Shown here: positions 8,779 through 21,107 of the stretch, in pieces
How positions within the stretch are numbered: the first letter of the stretch is position 1
How the letters are laid out: the number at the start of each line of letters is the position of its first letter
Source: an uncultured delta proteobacterium
GTDB taxonomy: Bacteria > Desulfobacterota > Binatia > HRBIN30 > BPIQ01
Assembly: GCA_963761335.1 (NCBI GenBank)
Contig: CAVXGR010000015.1
Span: 256,001 to 320,000, forward strand
Reading direction: 5' to 3'
DNA length: 64,000 nt
The notes under the pieces: generated by a model
Database searches by the model: none
What the model was told of the DNA's origin: nothing
The model's input: the letters and a program-made list of their open reading frames with translations, nothing else
Program-made: the position numbers and the translations under genes

Positions 8779-9480
8779 ATGATGGCGGCCAAGCGCGGTC
8801 TGTCCATCGGACAGGTGCTCGCCGTGACCATCGGCTTCGCCGGCGCCTCGGTGATCGTCTTCATCTTCGGCATGTGGGTCGGCAAGGATCTCGCCGAGCG
8901 CCGCCTGGCGCAGGAGGAGCGGGTCGTGCGCGGCGTGGTGACCCCGGGGGCGCCGCGGGAGGCGCCCGCCGTCGACCCGGACATCACCTTTTACGACCGG
9001 CTGGAGCACGGCGCCACGCCGAGCGGGCCGGCGCTTGCCGCCGCCGCGCCGCCGACGGCGACGCCCGACCTTCACCTGCTGGTGATGCCGCCGACGCGGG
9101 TGGCGGCGCCCACGGCGCGGGCGGTGCCGACCAGCGTCGCCCTGGCACCGCCGCGGCGGGTGCCGACCAGCGTTGCCCTGGCCGGCGGTCACCCCGAGAG
9201 CCGTGTCCTGCCGACGCCGCCCAGCGCCGACGATCAGTGGGCCGATGCCGGCTGGACGGTTCAGGTCAACGCCACCACCGACGCGCAGGACGCCGATCAC
9301 CTGACGCGGCGGCTCAAGGCCATCGGCTACGACGCCTACACGGTCGAGGCACCGCTGCGCGGCCGCACCTGGTACCGGGTGCGGGTGGGAAATTACCGCA
9401 CGCGCGACGCCGCGCAGCAGATGGAGCAGCGGCTGAAGACTGCGGAGGGATTCGCCAACGCCTACGTCACGGCGCGCTGA
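8779..9480 (+). CDS. SPOR-domain cell-division protein (FtsN/DedD-like)
   Basis: N-terminal TM helix, Pro/Ala linker, C-terminal WTVQV...WYRVRVG SPOR domain; argS-SPOR adjacency is common. Confidence 0.88.
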   Translation: MMAAKRGLSIGQVLAVTIGFAGASVIVFIFGMWVGKDLAERRLAQEERVVRGVVTPGAPREAPAVDPDITFYDRLEHGATPSGPALAAAAPPTATPDLHLLVMPPTRVAAPTARAVPTSVALAPPRRVPTSVALAGGHPESRVLPTPPSADDQWADAGWTVQVNATTDAQDADHLTRRLKAIGYDAYTVEAPLRGRTWYRVRVGNYRTRDAAQQMEQRLKTAEGFANAYVTAR

Positions 9481-9495
9481 GGAGCGCCCGCCGAC

Positions 9496-10977
9496 ATGCC
9501 GATGCACACGCCGGAGTTCGACGAGTTTCAGCAGCTCGCGCGGCAGGGAAACCGGGTGCCCGTCTATCGCGAGATCCTCGCCGATCTCGATACGCCCGTC
9601 TCCGCCTTTCTCAAGGTCGACGACGGCGGCGACGCCTTTCTGTTCGAGAGCGTCGAGGGCGGCGAGAAGTGGGGGCGCTACAGCTTTCTCGGCGTCGCCC
9701 CGCGCCGCATCTTCACCAGCCGCGGGCGACTCGTCGAGGAGTGGGAGCCGGGCGGATCGCCGCGCCGCCGCGAGGTGGACGATCCTCTCGATGCAGCGCG
9801 CCTCCTGCTGCACGAGGTGCGCGCCGTGCCGCTCCCGGGGGTGCCCCGCTTCTCGGGCGGGCTGGTCGGCTATCTCGGCTACGACATGGTGCGCTTCTTC
9901 GAGCGGCTGCCGGCACGCGCCGCCGACGACCTGCAGCTCCCCGACCAGTATCTCCTGCTGGTTGACACGGTGATCATCTTCGACAACATGGCGCAGAAGG
10001 TGAAGGTCCTCACCCACGCGCACATCGATGGCGATGGCGACCTGCGCGGCGCCTACGACCGCGCCTGCGCCACCGTCGACGAGCTGATCGACAAGCTGCA
10101 GCGGCCGCTGCCGTCTCCCCCGTCATCCGCGAAGGAGCCGCGGCCGCTGGAGATCCGCTCCAATGTGACCGCGGCGCAGTACGGCGACATGGTGCGCAGC
10201 GCCAAGGACTACATCGTCGCCGGAGACGTCATCCAGGTGGTCCTGGCACAGCGCTTCCAGTGTCCGCTGCGGGTCGAGCCATTCAACATCTATCGCGCCC
10301 TGCGCACGGTGAACCCTTCACCCTACATGTTCTTTCTGCGCTGCGGCGAGCAGACGCTCATCGGCGCCTCGCCCGAGGTGATGGTGCGGCTCGAGGACCG
10401 CGAGATCACCGTCCGACCGATCGCCGGCACCCGGCCGCGCGGCACCGAGGAGCGCCAGGACCGCGAGCTCGAGCGCGAGCTGGTGACCGACCCGAAGGAG
10501 ATTGCCGAGCACGTCATGCTCCTCGATCTCGGCCGCAACGACGTCGGCCGCGTCGCCGAGATCGGCAGCGTGAAAGTCACCGAGAGCTTCGTCGTCGAGC
10601 GCTACTCGCACGTCATGCATCTGGTCTCCAATGTCACCGGCCAGCTGCGCCCGGGGCTCGACTGCTTCGATGCCTTTCGCGCCACCTTCCCCGCCGGTAC
10701 GCTGTCCGGGGCGCCGAAGATCCGCGCCATGGAGATCATCGAGGAGCTCGAGCCGGTGCGCCGCGGCGTCTATGGCGGCGCCGTCGGCTACTTCGATTTT
10801 TCCGGCAACATGGACACCTGCATCACGATTCGCACACTGGTCATCAAGGGAGACGCGATCTACATCGGCGCCGGTGCCGGTATCGTCGCCGACTCGAATC
10901 CCGAGAGCGAGCACGCCGAGTGCGTCAACAAGTCCCGCGCCCTGATCCAGGCGGTGCGCGTCGCGGAGGCGATCTGA
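9496..10977 (+). CDS. trpE: Anthranilate synthase component I
   Basis: [47 protein letters not shown]. Confidence 0.97.
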   Translation: MPMHTPEFDEFQQLARQGNRVPVYREILADLDTPVSAFLKVDDGGDAFLFESVEGGEKWGRYSFLGVAPRRIFTSRGRLVEEWEPGGSPRRREVDDPLDAARLLLHEVRAVPLPGVPRFSGGLVGYLGYDMVRFFERLPARAADDLQLPDQYLLLVDTVIIFDNMAQKVKVLTHAHIDGDGDLRGAYDRACATVDELIDKLQRPLPSPPSSAKEPRPLEIRSNVTAAQYGDMVRSAKDYIVAGDVIQVVLAQRFQCPLRVEPFNIYRALRTVNPSPYMFFLRCGEQTLIGASPEVMVRLEDREITVRPIAGTRPRGTEERQDRELERELVTDPKEIAEHVMLLDLGRNDVGRVAEIGSVKVTESFVVERYSHVMHLVSNVTGQLRPGLDCFDAFRATFPAGTLSGAPKIRAMEIIEELEPVRRGVYGGAVGYFDFSGNMDTCITIRTLVIKGDAIYIGAGAGIVADSNPESEHAECVNKSRALIQAVRVAEAI

Positions 10978-10978
10978 C

Positions 10979-11563
10979 GTGCTGGTGATGATCGACAACT
11001 ACGATTCCTTCACCTACAACCTGGTGCAGTACCTGGGCGAGCTGGGTTGCGAGGTGGCGGTGTATCGCAACGACGCCATCACCGTCGAGGCGCTGGCGGC
11101 CCGGCGCCCGGCGCAGATCGTCATCTCCCCCGGCCCCTGCACGCCCAACGAGGCGGGGATCTCGGTCGAGGTCATCCGCCGCCTGGCGGGGCAGGTGCCG
11201 ATCCTCGGCGTCTGCCTCGGCCACCAGAGCATCGGCGCCGCCTACGGCGGCAGGATCGTTCGCGCCGGGCGCATCATGCACGGCAAGACATCGCCGATTC
11301 ACCACGACGGCCGCACCCTGTTTCGCGGTCTTCCCGAACCATTCGATGCCACGCGCTACCACTCGCTGCTGATCGAGCGCGCCACCCTTCCGTCCTGCCT
11401 GGAGATCTCGGCGTGGACCGAGGAGGGGGAGATCATGGCCGTCCGCCACCGCGAGCTGCTGGTCGAAGGGATCCAGTTTCACCCCGAGTCGATCCTGACG
11501 CTCGAGGGAAAGAAGCTGCTCGCCCACTTTCTCGAAATCTCCGCGGGCGGAGCGGCGGGATGA
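10979..11563 (+). CDS. trpG: Anthranilate synthase component II (glutamine amidotransferase)
   Basis: [24 protein letters not shown]. Confidence 0.95.
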   Translation: MLVMIDNYDSFTYNLVQYLGELGCEVAVYRNDAITVEALAARRPAQIVISPGPCTPNEAGISVEVIRRLAGQVPILGVCLGHQSIGAAYGGRIVRAGRIMHGKTSPIHHDGRTLFRGLPEPFDATRYHSLLIERATLPSCLEISAWTEEGEIMAVRHRELLVEGIQFHPESILTLEGKKLLAHFLEISAGGAAG

Positions 11564-12573
11564 CCGTCTCCGAGGCGCTCGAGCGGCTGGTCCGCCGGCG
11601 CGACCTGGACGAGGACGAGATCGCCGAGATCATGCTCGAGATCATGGAAGGGCGCGCCACGCCGGCGCAGATCGGTGGGCTGCTCATCGGCCTGCGCGCC
11701 AAGGGGGAGTCGGTCGGCGAGATCGCCGGCGCCGCTCGGGTGATGCGGCGCCAGGCGATCCGCATCGCGCCGCGCGCCGCCGTCGTCCTCGACACCTGCG
11801 GCACCGGCGGCGACCGGCGCGACACCTTCAACATCTCCACCGCCGCGGCGGTCATCGCCGCCGCCGCCGGAGTGGCGGTCGCCAAGCACGGCAACCGCGC
11901 CATGTCGGGGCGCGTCGGCGGCGCCGATGTGCTCGAGGCATTGGGGGTGCGCATCGACCTGCCGCCGCAGCGGGTCACTGCCTGCATCGACACGGTCGGC
12001 ATCGGCTTTCTGTTCGCGCAGGCGTTTCACCCGGCGATGCGCTACGCCGCGGCGCCGCGGCGGGAGCTCGGCATCCGCACCATCTTCAATCTGCTGGGGC
12101 CGCTTTCCAATCCGGCCGGGGCGACGCACCAGCTGGTCGGCGTCTACGCGCCGGAATGGCTGGAGCCGGTGGCGGCGGCACTCGGGCGCCTCGGCAGCCG
12201 GCGCGCCCTGGTGGTGCACGGGCGCGACGGGGTCGATGAGATCTCGCTGGGCGGAATCAGTGACGTCGCCGAGTGGAGCGACGGCGCCGTGCGCCACTAC
12301 GAAGTCTCGCCGGCCGATTTCGGCCTCGAGCCCTGCGACCCCGCGTCGCTGCGCGTCGACAGTGCCGCGGCCAGCGCTTCCATCATCCGCAGCCTGTTGG
12401 CGGGCGAGGCCGGTCCCTGCGCCGACATCGCCGTCCTCAATGCCGCGGCGGGCCTCTACGCCGCCGAGGCGGTGCCGTCGATCGCCGCGGGAGTGGCGCG
12501 CGCCCGCGAGGTGATCGAGAGCGGCGCCGCCCGGCGCGTCCTTCACGGGCTGGTGGAGTTCACCAACCGATGA
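11560..12573 (+). CDS. trpD: Anthranilate phosphoribosyltransferase
   Basis: [34 protein letters not shown] overlap with trpG. Confidence 0.96.
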   Translation: MTVSEALERLVRRRDLDEDEIAEIMLEIMEGRATPAQIGGLLIGLRAKGESVGEIAGAARVMRRQAIRIAPRAAVVLDTCGTGGDRRDTFNISTAAAVIAAAAGVAVAKHGNRAMSGRVGGADVLEALGVRIDLPPQRVTACIDTVGIGFLFAQAFHPAMRYAAAPRRELGIRTIFNLLGPLSNPAGATHQLVGVYAPEWLEPVAAALGRLGSRRALVVHGRDGVDEISLGGISDVAEWSDGAVRHYEVSPADFGLEPCDPASLRVDSAAASASIIRSLLAGEAGPCADIAVLNAAAGLYAAEAVPSIAAGVARAREVIESGAARRVLHGLVEFTNR

Positions 12574-13358
12574 TCCTCGAGGAGATCGTTCGGCGCCGCC
12601 GCCAGGACGTGCAGCGCGATCGAGAGCAGCACCCGCAGGCGGCGTTGCGGGCGCGCCCGCTCTACGCCGCGGGCCGCCGCGGGTTTCTCGCCTCCCTGCG
12701 GGAGCCCGGACGGCGCATCGTCGCCGAGGTGAAGAAGGCCTCACCGTCCCGCGGTGTCATCCGCGCCGACTTCGACCCGGTCGCCATCGCTCGCGAGTAT
12801 GCCGCCGCCGGCGCCGCCGCGGTGTCGGTGCTGACCGAGGAGCACTATTTCCAGGGGAGCGGCGCCTATCTCGCCGCCGTGCGCCAGGCCATCGATCGGC
12901 CGTTGCTGCGCAAGGACTTCGTCTTCGATGCGTATCAGGTGGTGGAGGCGCGCTCGCTGGGGGCCGATGCGGTGCTGTTGATCGTGGCGATCCTGGATCA
13001 GGGGTCGCTGGAGGCGCTGCTGCGGGCTGCCGCCGCCGAGGAGCTCGACGCTCTCGTCGAGGTCCACGACGCCGCCGAGCTCGAGCGCGCCGTCGCCGCG
13101 GGCGCCGCCCTCATCGGCATCAACAACCGCAACCTGAAGACGTTCGAGACCTCCCTCGCCGTCACCGAGGAGCTCGCCGGCCGCGTACCGCGGGAAACCA
13201 CGGTGATCAGCGAGAGCGGTATCGACGGCCCGGCCGACATCGCCCGCCTCGAGCGCGCCGGTGTACGCGCCTTCCTCGTCGGCGAGACGCTGATGCGCGC
13301 CCCGCGACCGGGCGAGAAGCTGCGCGAGCTGCTCGGAGGCGGAGCGTGGTGCGCGTGA
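12570..13358 (+). CDS. trpC: Indole-3-glycerol phosphate synthase
   Basis: AEVKKASPSRG, SVLTE, LRKDF, GINNRNL, SESGI; ATGA overlap with trpD. Confidence 0.96.
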   Translation: MILEEIVRRRRQDVQRDREQHPQAALRARPLYAAGRRGFLASLREPGRRIVAEVKKASPSRGVIRADFDPVAIAREYAAAGAAAVSVLTEEHYFQGSGAYLAAVRQAIDRPLLRKDFVFDAYQVVEARSLGADAVLLIVAILDQGSLEALLRAAAAEELDALVEVHDAAELERAVAAGAALIGINNRNLKTFETSLAVTEELAGRVPRETTVISESGIDGPADIARLERAGVRAFLVGETLMRAPRPGEKLRELLGGGAWCA

Positions 13359-13937
13359 AGATCTGCGGGGTGACCTCGGTCGAGGATGCGCTCTGGGCAC
13401 AGCGCTGCGGCGCCGACGCCATCGGCCTCAACTTCTGCGCCCGCAGCCCGCGCCACGTGTCCCTGGAGCTTGCCCGGGAGATCGCCGCGGCCCTGCCGGA
13501 AACGCTCCTACGGGTCGGGGTCTTCGTCGACGCCCCGCGGCAGGAGATCGAGGCGGCTCTCGCCGGCGGCGCCATCGGCGCCGTGCAGCTCCATGGCGAC
13601 GAGAGCGAAGACTTCTGTCGCGGCTGGCCGGTGCCGGTGATCAAGGCGGTGCGCGTCCGCAGCGCCGCCGATCTCGCTGCGGCGATGCACTGGGCCGTTG
13701 ATTTCATCCTGGCCGACGCCTATGTGGAAGGCGCGCGCGGGGGTACAGGTATGGGCTTCGACTGGTCGCTCCTGGCAGCAGTAGATGTTTCCCGCTTGTT
13801 CCTGGCCGGCGGCTTGAGCCCCGCGAACGTCGCTGCCGCCGTGCGGCGGGTGCGGCCGTACGCGGTCGACGCCGCCTCCGGGGTGGAGCGGAGCCCCGGG
13901 ATCAAGGATCCGGCGAAGGTGGAGGAGTTCATTCGCA

Positions 13938-13954
<17 letters not shown>
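13346..13954 (+). CDS. trpF: Phosphoribosylanthranilate isomerase
   Basis: VKICG, QLHGDES, GGTG, LAGGL, DAASGVE. Confidence 0.95.
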
Positions 13955-15131
<1,177 letters not shown>

Positions 15132-15132
15132 C

Positions 15133-15951
15133 GTGTCGCGCATCTCCGCAGTCTTCGACGCCCTGCGGCAGCGCGGGGAGACGGCCTTGATTCCCTTCGT
15201 GATGGCGGGCGATCCCGACTTGGAGACGACGCTGCAGCTGATGTTCGCCGCCGCGGAGAACGGCGCCGATCTGATCGAGATCGGCGTGCCGTTCTCCGAT
15301 CCGACGGCGGATGGTCCGGTCCTGCAGCGCTCCGCGGAGCGCGCCCTGCGCCATCGCACCTCGATGCCGGCCGTGCTCGAGATGGTGCAGCGCTTCCGGC
15401 GGAGCTCGCAGCTGCCGGTCATCCTCTTCGGCTACTACAATCCCATCTATCGCTATGGGGGCGAGCGCTTCGCGGCCGACGCGCGCCAGGCCGGGGTCGA
15501 CGGTTGCCTGGTGGTCGATCTGCCGCCGGAGGAGGCGGATGAGCTGCAGTGCTGGACCGATCCGGCGGGCATCGACATGATCTTTCTGCTCGCCCCGACG
15601 AGCGGGCCGGAGCGGGTCGACATGGTGCTGCGCCGCGCCCACGGCTTCGTCTACTACGTCTCGCTCACCGGCGTCACCGGTGCGCGCGCGGTTCTGCCCG
15701 AGCAGCTGCACGCCGCGGTGGACGCATTGCAGGAGCGGACCTCGATTCCGATTGGGGTCGGCTTCGGCATCTCCTCGCCGCAGCAGGCCGCGGCAGTGGG
15801 CGCCTTCGCGGACGCCGTCATCGTCGGCAGCGCCCTGATGAAGCTGGTCGAGGACCATGCCGTCGACGGCACCGCCGTCGAGCGCGTCGGCAGCTTCGTG
15901 CGCGATCTCAAAGAGCCGCTGCGGCACCCGTCGCGGCGCGAGGCGCGATGA
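15133..15951 (+). CDS. trpA: Tryptophan synthase alpha chain
   Basis: IEIGVPFSDPTADGP, YYNP, GVTG, GFGIS. Confidence 0.97.
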   Translation: MSRISAVFDALRQRGETALIPFVMAGDPDLETTLQLMFAAAENGADLIEIGVPFSDPTADGPVLQRSAERALRHRTSMPAVLEMVQRFRRSSQLPVILFGYYNPIYRYGGERFAADARQAGVDGCLVVDLPPEEADELQCWTDPAGIDMIFLLAPTSGPERVDMVLRRAHGFVYYVSLTGVTGARAVLPEQLHAAVDALQERTSIPIGVGFGISSPQQAAAVGAFADAVIVGSALMKLVEDHAVDGTAVERVGSFVRDLKEPLRHPSRREAR

Positions 15952-17249
15952 CCGCCTACGAGTCGAGTCTTGCCTGGCTCTACGCCCTGGAGGCGGCCAA
16001 GGGCATGGACTTCAAGCTCGAGCGGGTCGAGGCGGCGCTGCAGGCGTTCGGCAATCCGCAGCGCCGCTACCCGGTGCTGCACGTGGCCGGCACCAACGGC
16101 AAGGGCTCGGTGGCGGCGATGGCGCACGCGGTGGCGCAGGCGGCAGGCTACCGCGCCGGCCTCTACACCTCGCCGCATCTGGTGCGCTTCGCCGAGCGGG
16201 TGCGTGTCGGCGACGAGGAGATCGCCGACGACGACGTGGTGGCCCTGGTGCGGCAGATCCGCGCGCAGACGGAGCCGCGCGGCATCCAGCTCACCTTCTT
16301 CGAGTTCACCACGGTGCTCGCCCTTCTCTACTTCGCGGCGCGAGAGGTGAGCCTCGCGGTCATCGAGGTCGGGCTCGGCGGGCGGCTCGACGCCACCAAC
16401 GTCGTCGACCCGGCGGTGGCGGCGATCACCACCGTCGGGCTCGACCACCAGGAATATCTGGGTACGACGATTGCGGCGGTGGCGGCGGAGAAGGGTGGCA
16501 TCATCAAGCCGGGGCGGCCGACGGTGCTCGGCCGTCTGCGCCCCGAAGCCCGCGCCGTGATCGGCGCCATTGCCGCCCAGCGTGGAAGTCGCCTCTACGA
16601 GCTCGAGCGCGACTTCGAGGTCGACGCCGAGGGTGTCGATGCCGACGCCGGCTCGAGCTACCGCGGCAATCGCTGGCAGCTCTCCGGGCTGCGGGTCGGG
16701 CTCCGCGGCGCGCACCAGCGCGACAACGCCGCCGTGGCGCTGGCGATGCTGGAGCAGCTGGAGATGCCGATGCCCGAGCCGGCGATTCGCTCCGGCCTCG
16801 CCGGGGTCCGCTGGCCCGGCCGGCTGGAGGTGGTCGCCGGGGCGCCGCTGTTGATCGTCGATGGAGCCCACAACCCGGACGGCATCGAGACGCTGGTCCG
16901 GGAGGTGCAGCCGCTGCTTCGCGGCCGCGGCCGGCTGTGGCTCCTCTTCGGCGTCATGCGCGACAAGGATTGGACGGCGATGGTGGAGGCCGTGGCGCCG
17001 CTCGCCGGCGCGGTGATCGCCACCTCGGTGCCGTCGCCGCGGGGCGAGCTGCCGGAGCGAGTCGCGGCCGCGTTCGGCCCGCTGAAGCCCACCGAGGTGA
17101 TGGTCGATCCGGTAACGGCGCTCGCCGCGCTGCGGCGGCGCGCCCAGCCGGAAGACGTCATCGTGGTCACCGGGTCGCTCTTTCTGGTCGGGGCCGTGTA
17201 TCCCCATCTTCGAGAGTCGGAGGCGTGGAGGGTCGAGGCGCGCGCCTGA
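15948..17249 (+). CDS. folC: Bifunctional folylpolyglutamate synthase / dihydrofolate synthase
   Basis: HVAGTNGKGS, EVGLGGRLDATN, WPGRLE, DGAHN; ATGA overlap with trpA. Confidence 0.95.
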   Translation: MTAYESSLAWLYALEAAKGMDFKLERVEAALQAFGNPQRRYPVLHVAGTNGKGSVAAMAHAVAQAAGYRAGLYTSPHLVRFAERVRVGDEEIADDDVVALVRQIRAQTEPRGIQLTFFEFTTVLALLYFAAREVSLAVIEVGLGGRLDATNVVDPAVAAITTVGLDHQEYLGTTIAAVAAEKGGIIKPGRPTVLGRLRPEARAVIGAIAAQRGSRLYELERDFEVDAEGVDADAGSSYRGNRWQLSGLRVGLRGAHQRDNAAVALAMLEQLEMPMPEPAIRSGLAGVRWPGRLEVVAGAPLLIVDGAHNPDGIETLVREVQPLLRGRGRLWLLFGVMRDKDWTAMVEAVAPLAGAVIATSVPSPRGELPERVAAAFGPLKPTEVMVDPVTALAALRRRAQPEDVIVVTGSLFLVGAVYPHLRESEAWRVEARA

Positions 17250-17282
17250 GCGCGGCGGGTTTTCCCTCGATGGCGTGGCCGC

Positions 17283-19514
17283 ATGGTCCTTCTGATTCTC
17301 CTGCTCGGGTTGCTCTGCTCCGCCGGCGCCTCGGCGCAGACCGAGGCGCTCCAGGCGCAGGCGGAGAGCATCAAGATCGACGCCGAATCGATCTCCTACG
17401 ACCAGAAGACGGACACGGTCACCGCCACCGGCGACGTCGTCGTCCGGCGCGGCGACACCGTCCTGCGCGCCAAACGCGTCGAGGTGCAGCGGGGCACCTC
17501 CGAGGCGCACGCCGAGGGCGACGTGGTCCTGCACGGCGCCGAGGGGGTGCTCACGGCGCGCCAGGTGGACCTCGACCTCGAGAACGAGACGGGATCGATC
17601 GTCGACGGCTCGGTGTACTCGCCCCAGTACGGATACTCGCTGAGCGGCGAGCGCATCGAGAAGGGACTCGGACAGCGCTACCGCATCGAGAACGGCAAGT
17701 TCACCACCTGCAACTGCGGCGAGGGGGCGCCCAGCTGGAGCATCGCCGGCGAGAAGGTGAACATCGACCTGAACGGCTACGGCAGGCTGGAGGGCGGCAC
17801 CTTCAACGTCCTCGATTACCCGATCTTCTACCTTCCCCGGGCCGTCTTTCCGGTCACGCGGGAGCGGCAGACCGGCTTCCTCCTTCCCCGATTCGGCGCC
17901 TCCAACCGCCGCGGCTTTCAGCTGATTCAGCCGTTCTATCTGGCGATCAACCGCAGCCACGACCTCACCGCGGCCCTCGACGTCGAGACCGGAGCCCGCC
18001 TGGGCATGCTCGGCGAGTACCGCTACGCGTTGAGCCCCGAGACGGCGGGGACGCTCAGCGCCTCCTATTTCAACGAGATCTTCCGCTCGGCGGCGGATCG
18101 GCAGAAGATCGGCACCACGGTTCCCGAGAATCGCTGGAGCGTGGTTGGTGAGCACACCCAGGGGTTGCCCGACGACACCGTCGGCTACGTCGATCTCTTT
18201 CTGGTCAGTGACGATCTGTTCCTGCGCGAGATCAACACCTTCTCGGTCGACTACCGGCACGACGTGCTGGACCGCACGCGTCGTTACACCGACTCGCGGG
18301 TCGGGGCGCTGCACACCTGGGACCGCGCCGCCTTGCAGGTGGAGGGCCAGTATTACCAGGATCTGATCGGCAGCCAGAGCCTGACGCTGCAGCGGGTTCC
18401 CGAGCTGCACTTCTGGGGACAGAGCTCGCTCGGCTCGCTTGCCTTCGGGTCCGTCGACCTGAGCGCCACTTCTTTCCAGCGCCAGTCGGGCATCGACGGC
18501 TTTCGCTTCGACGTCAAGCCGGGCGTGACCGTGCCGCTGCGCACCTCGCTGCCGATCCGGGCGGCGCTGAACCTGGCGGTGCGCGAGACGGCGTACTCGC
18601 TGACGCAGCGGCGCATGCGGGGCGGTCTCGACCCCGATTCGCAGGCCCAGTGGGTGCTCGAGCTTCCCGGGCAGGTGTCGCGCGAGACGGCGCAGCTGGG
18701 CGCCGAGGCGGGAACCGAGTTCAGCCGCGTCTACCGCGTCGGGGGGACCCAGCTGCAGCGGCTGAAGCACACCATCGAGCCGGTGATCTCCTACGAGTAC
18801 GTCCCGGCCGTCGCGCAGAACGACCTGCCGCTCTTCGACAGCATCGACCGCGTCGACCGCCGCAATCTGGTGACCTACGGGATCGTCAGCCGACTGTTGG
18901 GCAAGTATGCCGGTGCGGCGGGCGAGCCGTCAGGCGCCGGCGCTCCTTCGGTCCGCGAGCTGGGGAGCCTGTCTCTGCTGCAGAGCTACGACTTCGAGCG
19001 CCAGATCGCCCCCGTCGGCCAGCCTCCGGGAGGACCCAAGGGGGACCACTTCTCCGACATCGATCTGGCGGTGCGAGCCAACCCGTCGCGCTCGACGTCG
19101 GTGCTGGCGCGCACCAGCTACGACGGCAGCGCCGGAGACATCTCGGCGGCGGCGGTTGCCGTGCGTCTCGCCGATCCGCGTGCCCGGGACGAGCATCGGC
19201 CGCGACAGCTCGAGAGCCGCAGCAATGCCACCATCGGCTACCGCTTCATCACCCAGGGGATCCTGCAGCAGGTCGATGGCTCACTGCTGCTGCATCTCAC
19301 CGACTACCTGGGATTTCTCTTCGCCAGCCGCTACGACGTGCAGAACCAGCAGCTGCTGGAGACCCATTTCGGCCTGCGGCTGCTGTCGCGCTGCGACTGC
19401 TGGGGGTTGGATCTGGCGGTCACCGACAAGACGAATCCGAGCGAGGTCGAGGTTCGCGCTCAGCTCACCCTCGTCGGCCTGGGCTCTTCGCCCGGCGGCT
19501 CCGGCCTGCCGTAG
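17283..19514 (+). CDS. lptD: LPS assembly protein LptD
   Basis: Signal peptide, OstA-like N domain (FTTC), RQTGFLLP, KHTIEP, C-terminal CDCW and barrel-type terminal strand. Confidence 0.88.
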   Translation: MVLLILLLGLLCSAGASAQTEALQAQAESIKIDAESISYDQKTDTVTATGDVVVRRGDTVLRAKRVEVQRGTSEAHAEGDVVLHGAEGVLTARQVDLDLENETGSIVDGSVYSPQYGYSLSGERIEKGLGQRYRIENGKFTTCNCGEGAPSWSIAGEKVNIDLNGYGRLEGGTFNVLDYPIFYLPRAVFPVTRERQTGFLLPRFGASNRRGFQLIQPFYLAINRSHDLTAALDVETGARLGMLGEYRYALSPETAGTLSASYFNEIFRSAADRQKIGTTVPENRWSVVGEHTQGLPDDTVGYVDLFLVSDDLFLREINTFSVDYRHDVLDRTRRYTDSRVGALHTWDRAALQVEGQYYQDLIGSQSLTLQRVPELHFWGQSSLGSLAFGSVDLSATSFQRQSGIDGFRFDVKPGVTVPLRTSLPIRAALNLAVRETAYSLTQRRMRGGLDPDSQAQWVLELPGQVSRETAQLGAEAGTEFSRVYRVGGTQLQRLKHTIEPVISYEYVPAVAQNDLPLFDSIDRVDRRNLVTYGIVSRLLGKYAGAAGEPSGAGAPSVRELGSLSLLQSYDFERQIAPVGQPPGGPKGDHFSDIDLAVRANPSRSTSVLARTSYDGSAGDISAAAVAVRLADPRARDEHRPRQLESRSNATIGYRFITQGILQQVDGSLLLHLTDYLGFLFASRYDVQNQQLLETHFGLRLLSRCDCWGLDLAVTDKTNPSEVEVRAQLTLVGLGSSPGGSGLP

Positions 19515-19516
19515 CT

Positions 19517-19574
19517 GGGAGCGCGGCCGGGACGGCCGTCAACGGCTAATCACAGCCGCGACGGCCGCGCTCCC
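19517..19574. repeat. REP-like inverted doublet, family A, between convergent genes
   Basis: GGGAGCGCGGCCG ... CGGCCGCGCTCCC, perfect 13-bp arms. Confidence 0.78.
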
Positions 19575-19582
19575 CGGCGTCC

Positions 19583-20878
19583 TCAGTGCACCGGCGGCTG
19601 GCCGGTCCACACTTCAATCGAGCCAAAGCGGCCGCGCTCCGGGCCTTCCTTCTCCTTGGAAGGCTTTTCCCCTGGCTTCTCGCCCGGCTTGCCCGAGTGC
19701 CAGGTCGGCGCGATGACGTCGCCAAAGGCGGCGCCGATGTCGACGATGCCGTCGTGGTTGACGTCCCCAGTGGCCACTCCCCAGACGCGCTCCTTGCCGG
19801 TCTCCGGAATGCCGGTGTTGTGCATCGCCGTCCAGTGGCCGTGGCCGTCGCCCTTGAAGAGGAGCACGCCGTAGACGCCGCCGATCTCGTCGAGCGCCGT
19901 CTTGCCGGCGGCGATCAGGTCCAGGTTGCCGTCCTTGTCGAGGTCGGCGAGGGTCACGCCGAGGGCGTTCATCGGGGTGATACCCTCGGAAGAATTGACG
20001 TAGCTGCCGTCCGGCTGTTGCAGGAACACCTCGACGCCGGGAAGGGCGGCGCCCGAGGCGATGTCCAGCCGGCCGTCATTGTTGATGTCGCCGACGGCGA
20101 TGCCCCAGTAGAGGCCGTGGATGTCGGGTGCCGGGAGGCCGGCCGAGGCCTCGTGCCAGGTACCGTCGCCGTTGCCGAGATAGACGCGCGGACCGGCCGA
20201 GTAGGCGGCGACGATGTCGAGCTTGCCGTCGCCGTTCATGTCGGCCATGACGATACCGTTGCCCCACTCCTGCAGTGGCAGGCCGTCCGAGCTCTCCTGC
20301 CACTTGCCCTTGCAGTCGCCGGTGAACACGCGGATGCCCTCTTCCTGGGCAGTGACCACTGCCACATCCGGGCATCCGTCTCCGTTCACGTCGCCGGCGG
20401 CGATGTCCTCGGAGCCGACGGTGGGCAGGCCCGAGGACGCCATGGTCCAGTTGCCGGCCCCGTCTCCGAAAAAGACGTACACGCCCTTGCAGTGGTCGGC
20501 GATGGCGAGATCCAACTTCCCATCCTTATTAAAGTCGGCGAAAGCGACGCCGCCGCCGCAGAACGTCTCGCGGGGCAGGCCATTCGCGGCCGGCGTCCAA
20601 TTCCCCTTGCCATCGGAGGTCCATACCCAGGCGCCGTCGGAGAGGCGCGAGACCGCCGCAATATCATCGAAGCCATCGCCGTTGATGTCGCCGAAGGCGA
20701 TCTGCGACTTCCAGATCTTGCCCAACGGCAGCCCATGACTGGTCTGTTCGAAAAATACCGGCCCGCGCGTCTGTGCGCTTGGCGCCGACTTTGCAGCGCC
20801 GCGGCCCATCATGCTACAGCCAGCGACGATCAGGGGTAGGGACACGAGCACTGCCAGGGCTCGTCCAGGAATCAGCAT
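19583..20878 (-). CDS. FG-GAP/VCBS-repeat beta-propeller lipoprotein
   Basis: Lipobox IVAGC; seven DxNxDGxxD-type repeats (GDINGDGFDD, ADFNKDGKLD, GDVNGDGCPD and others). Confidence 0.88.
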   Translation of the reverse strand: MLIPGRALAVLVSLPLIVAGCSMMGRGAAKSAPSAQTRGPVFFEQTSHGLPLGKIWKSQIAFGDINGDGFDDIAAVSRLSDGAWVWTSDGKGNWTPAANGLPRETFCGGGVAFADFNKDGKLDLAIADHCKGVYVFFGDGAGNWTMASSGLPTVGSEDIAAGDVNGDGCPDVAVVTAQEEGIRVFTGDCKGKWQESSDGLPLQEWGNGIVMADMNGDGKLDIVAAYSAGPRVYLGNGDGTWHEASAGLPAPDIHGLYWGIAVGDINNDGRLDIASGAALPGVEVFLQQPDGSYVNSSEGITPMNALGVTLADLDKDGNLDLIAAGKTALDEIGGVYGVLLFKGDGHGHWTAMHNTGIPETGKERVWGVATGDVNHDGIVDIGAAFGDVIAPTWHSGKPGEKPGEKPSKEKEGPERGRFGSIEVWTGQPPVH

Positions 20879-21078
20879 CAGCCTCTCTCCTTCTGCCTCA
20901 ATATCCCCGTCATTTTTTGGTCACTGCGTATATTGGCTGCCAGTGTGGCGGGGAGGGGGGACAACGGGGGGCTGCTTAGCAGAGGGGTCCGAAGTGGTCA
21001 AGGACTGGCCCGCGCCGAAAATGATCCGTTTTCCAAGAAGTTTCAGCCTCTTCGAATCGCGATCTTCCCTTTTTCCGC

Positions 21079-21107
21079 TTGACAAGCTGTGGCCGTTACA
21101 GTATCTC
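21079..21107 (+). promoter_or_regulatory. Candidate sigma70 promoter for the secreted-protein pair
   Basis: Perfect TTGACA, 17-bp spacer, TATCTC. Confidence 0.6.

Noticed and set aside
9481..9495. trp leader peptide or attenuator
   Set aside because: Only 15 nt separate the SPOR gene from trpE; no Trp-rich leader or terminator is visible.
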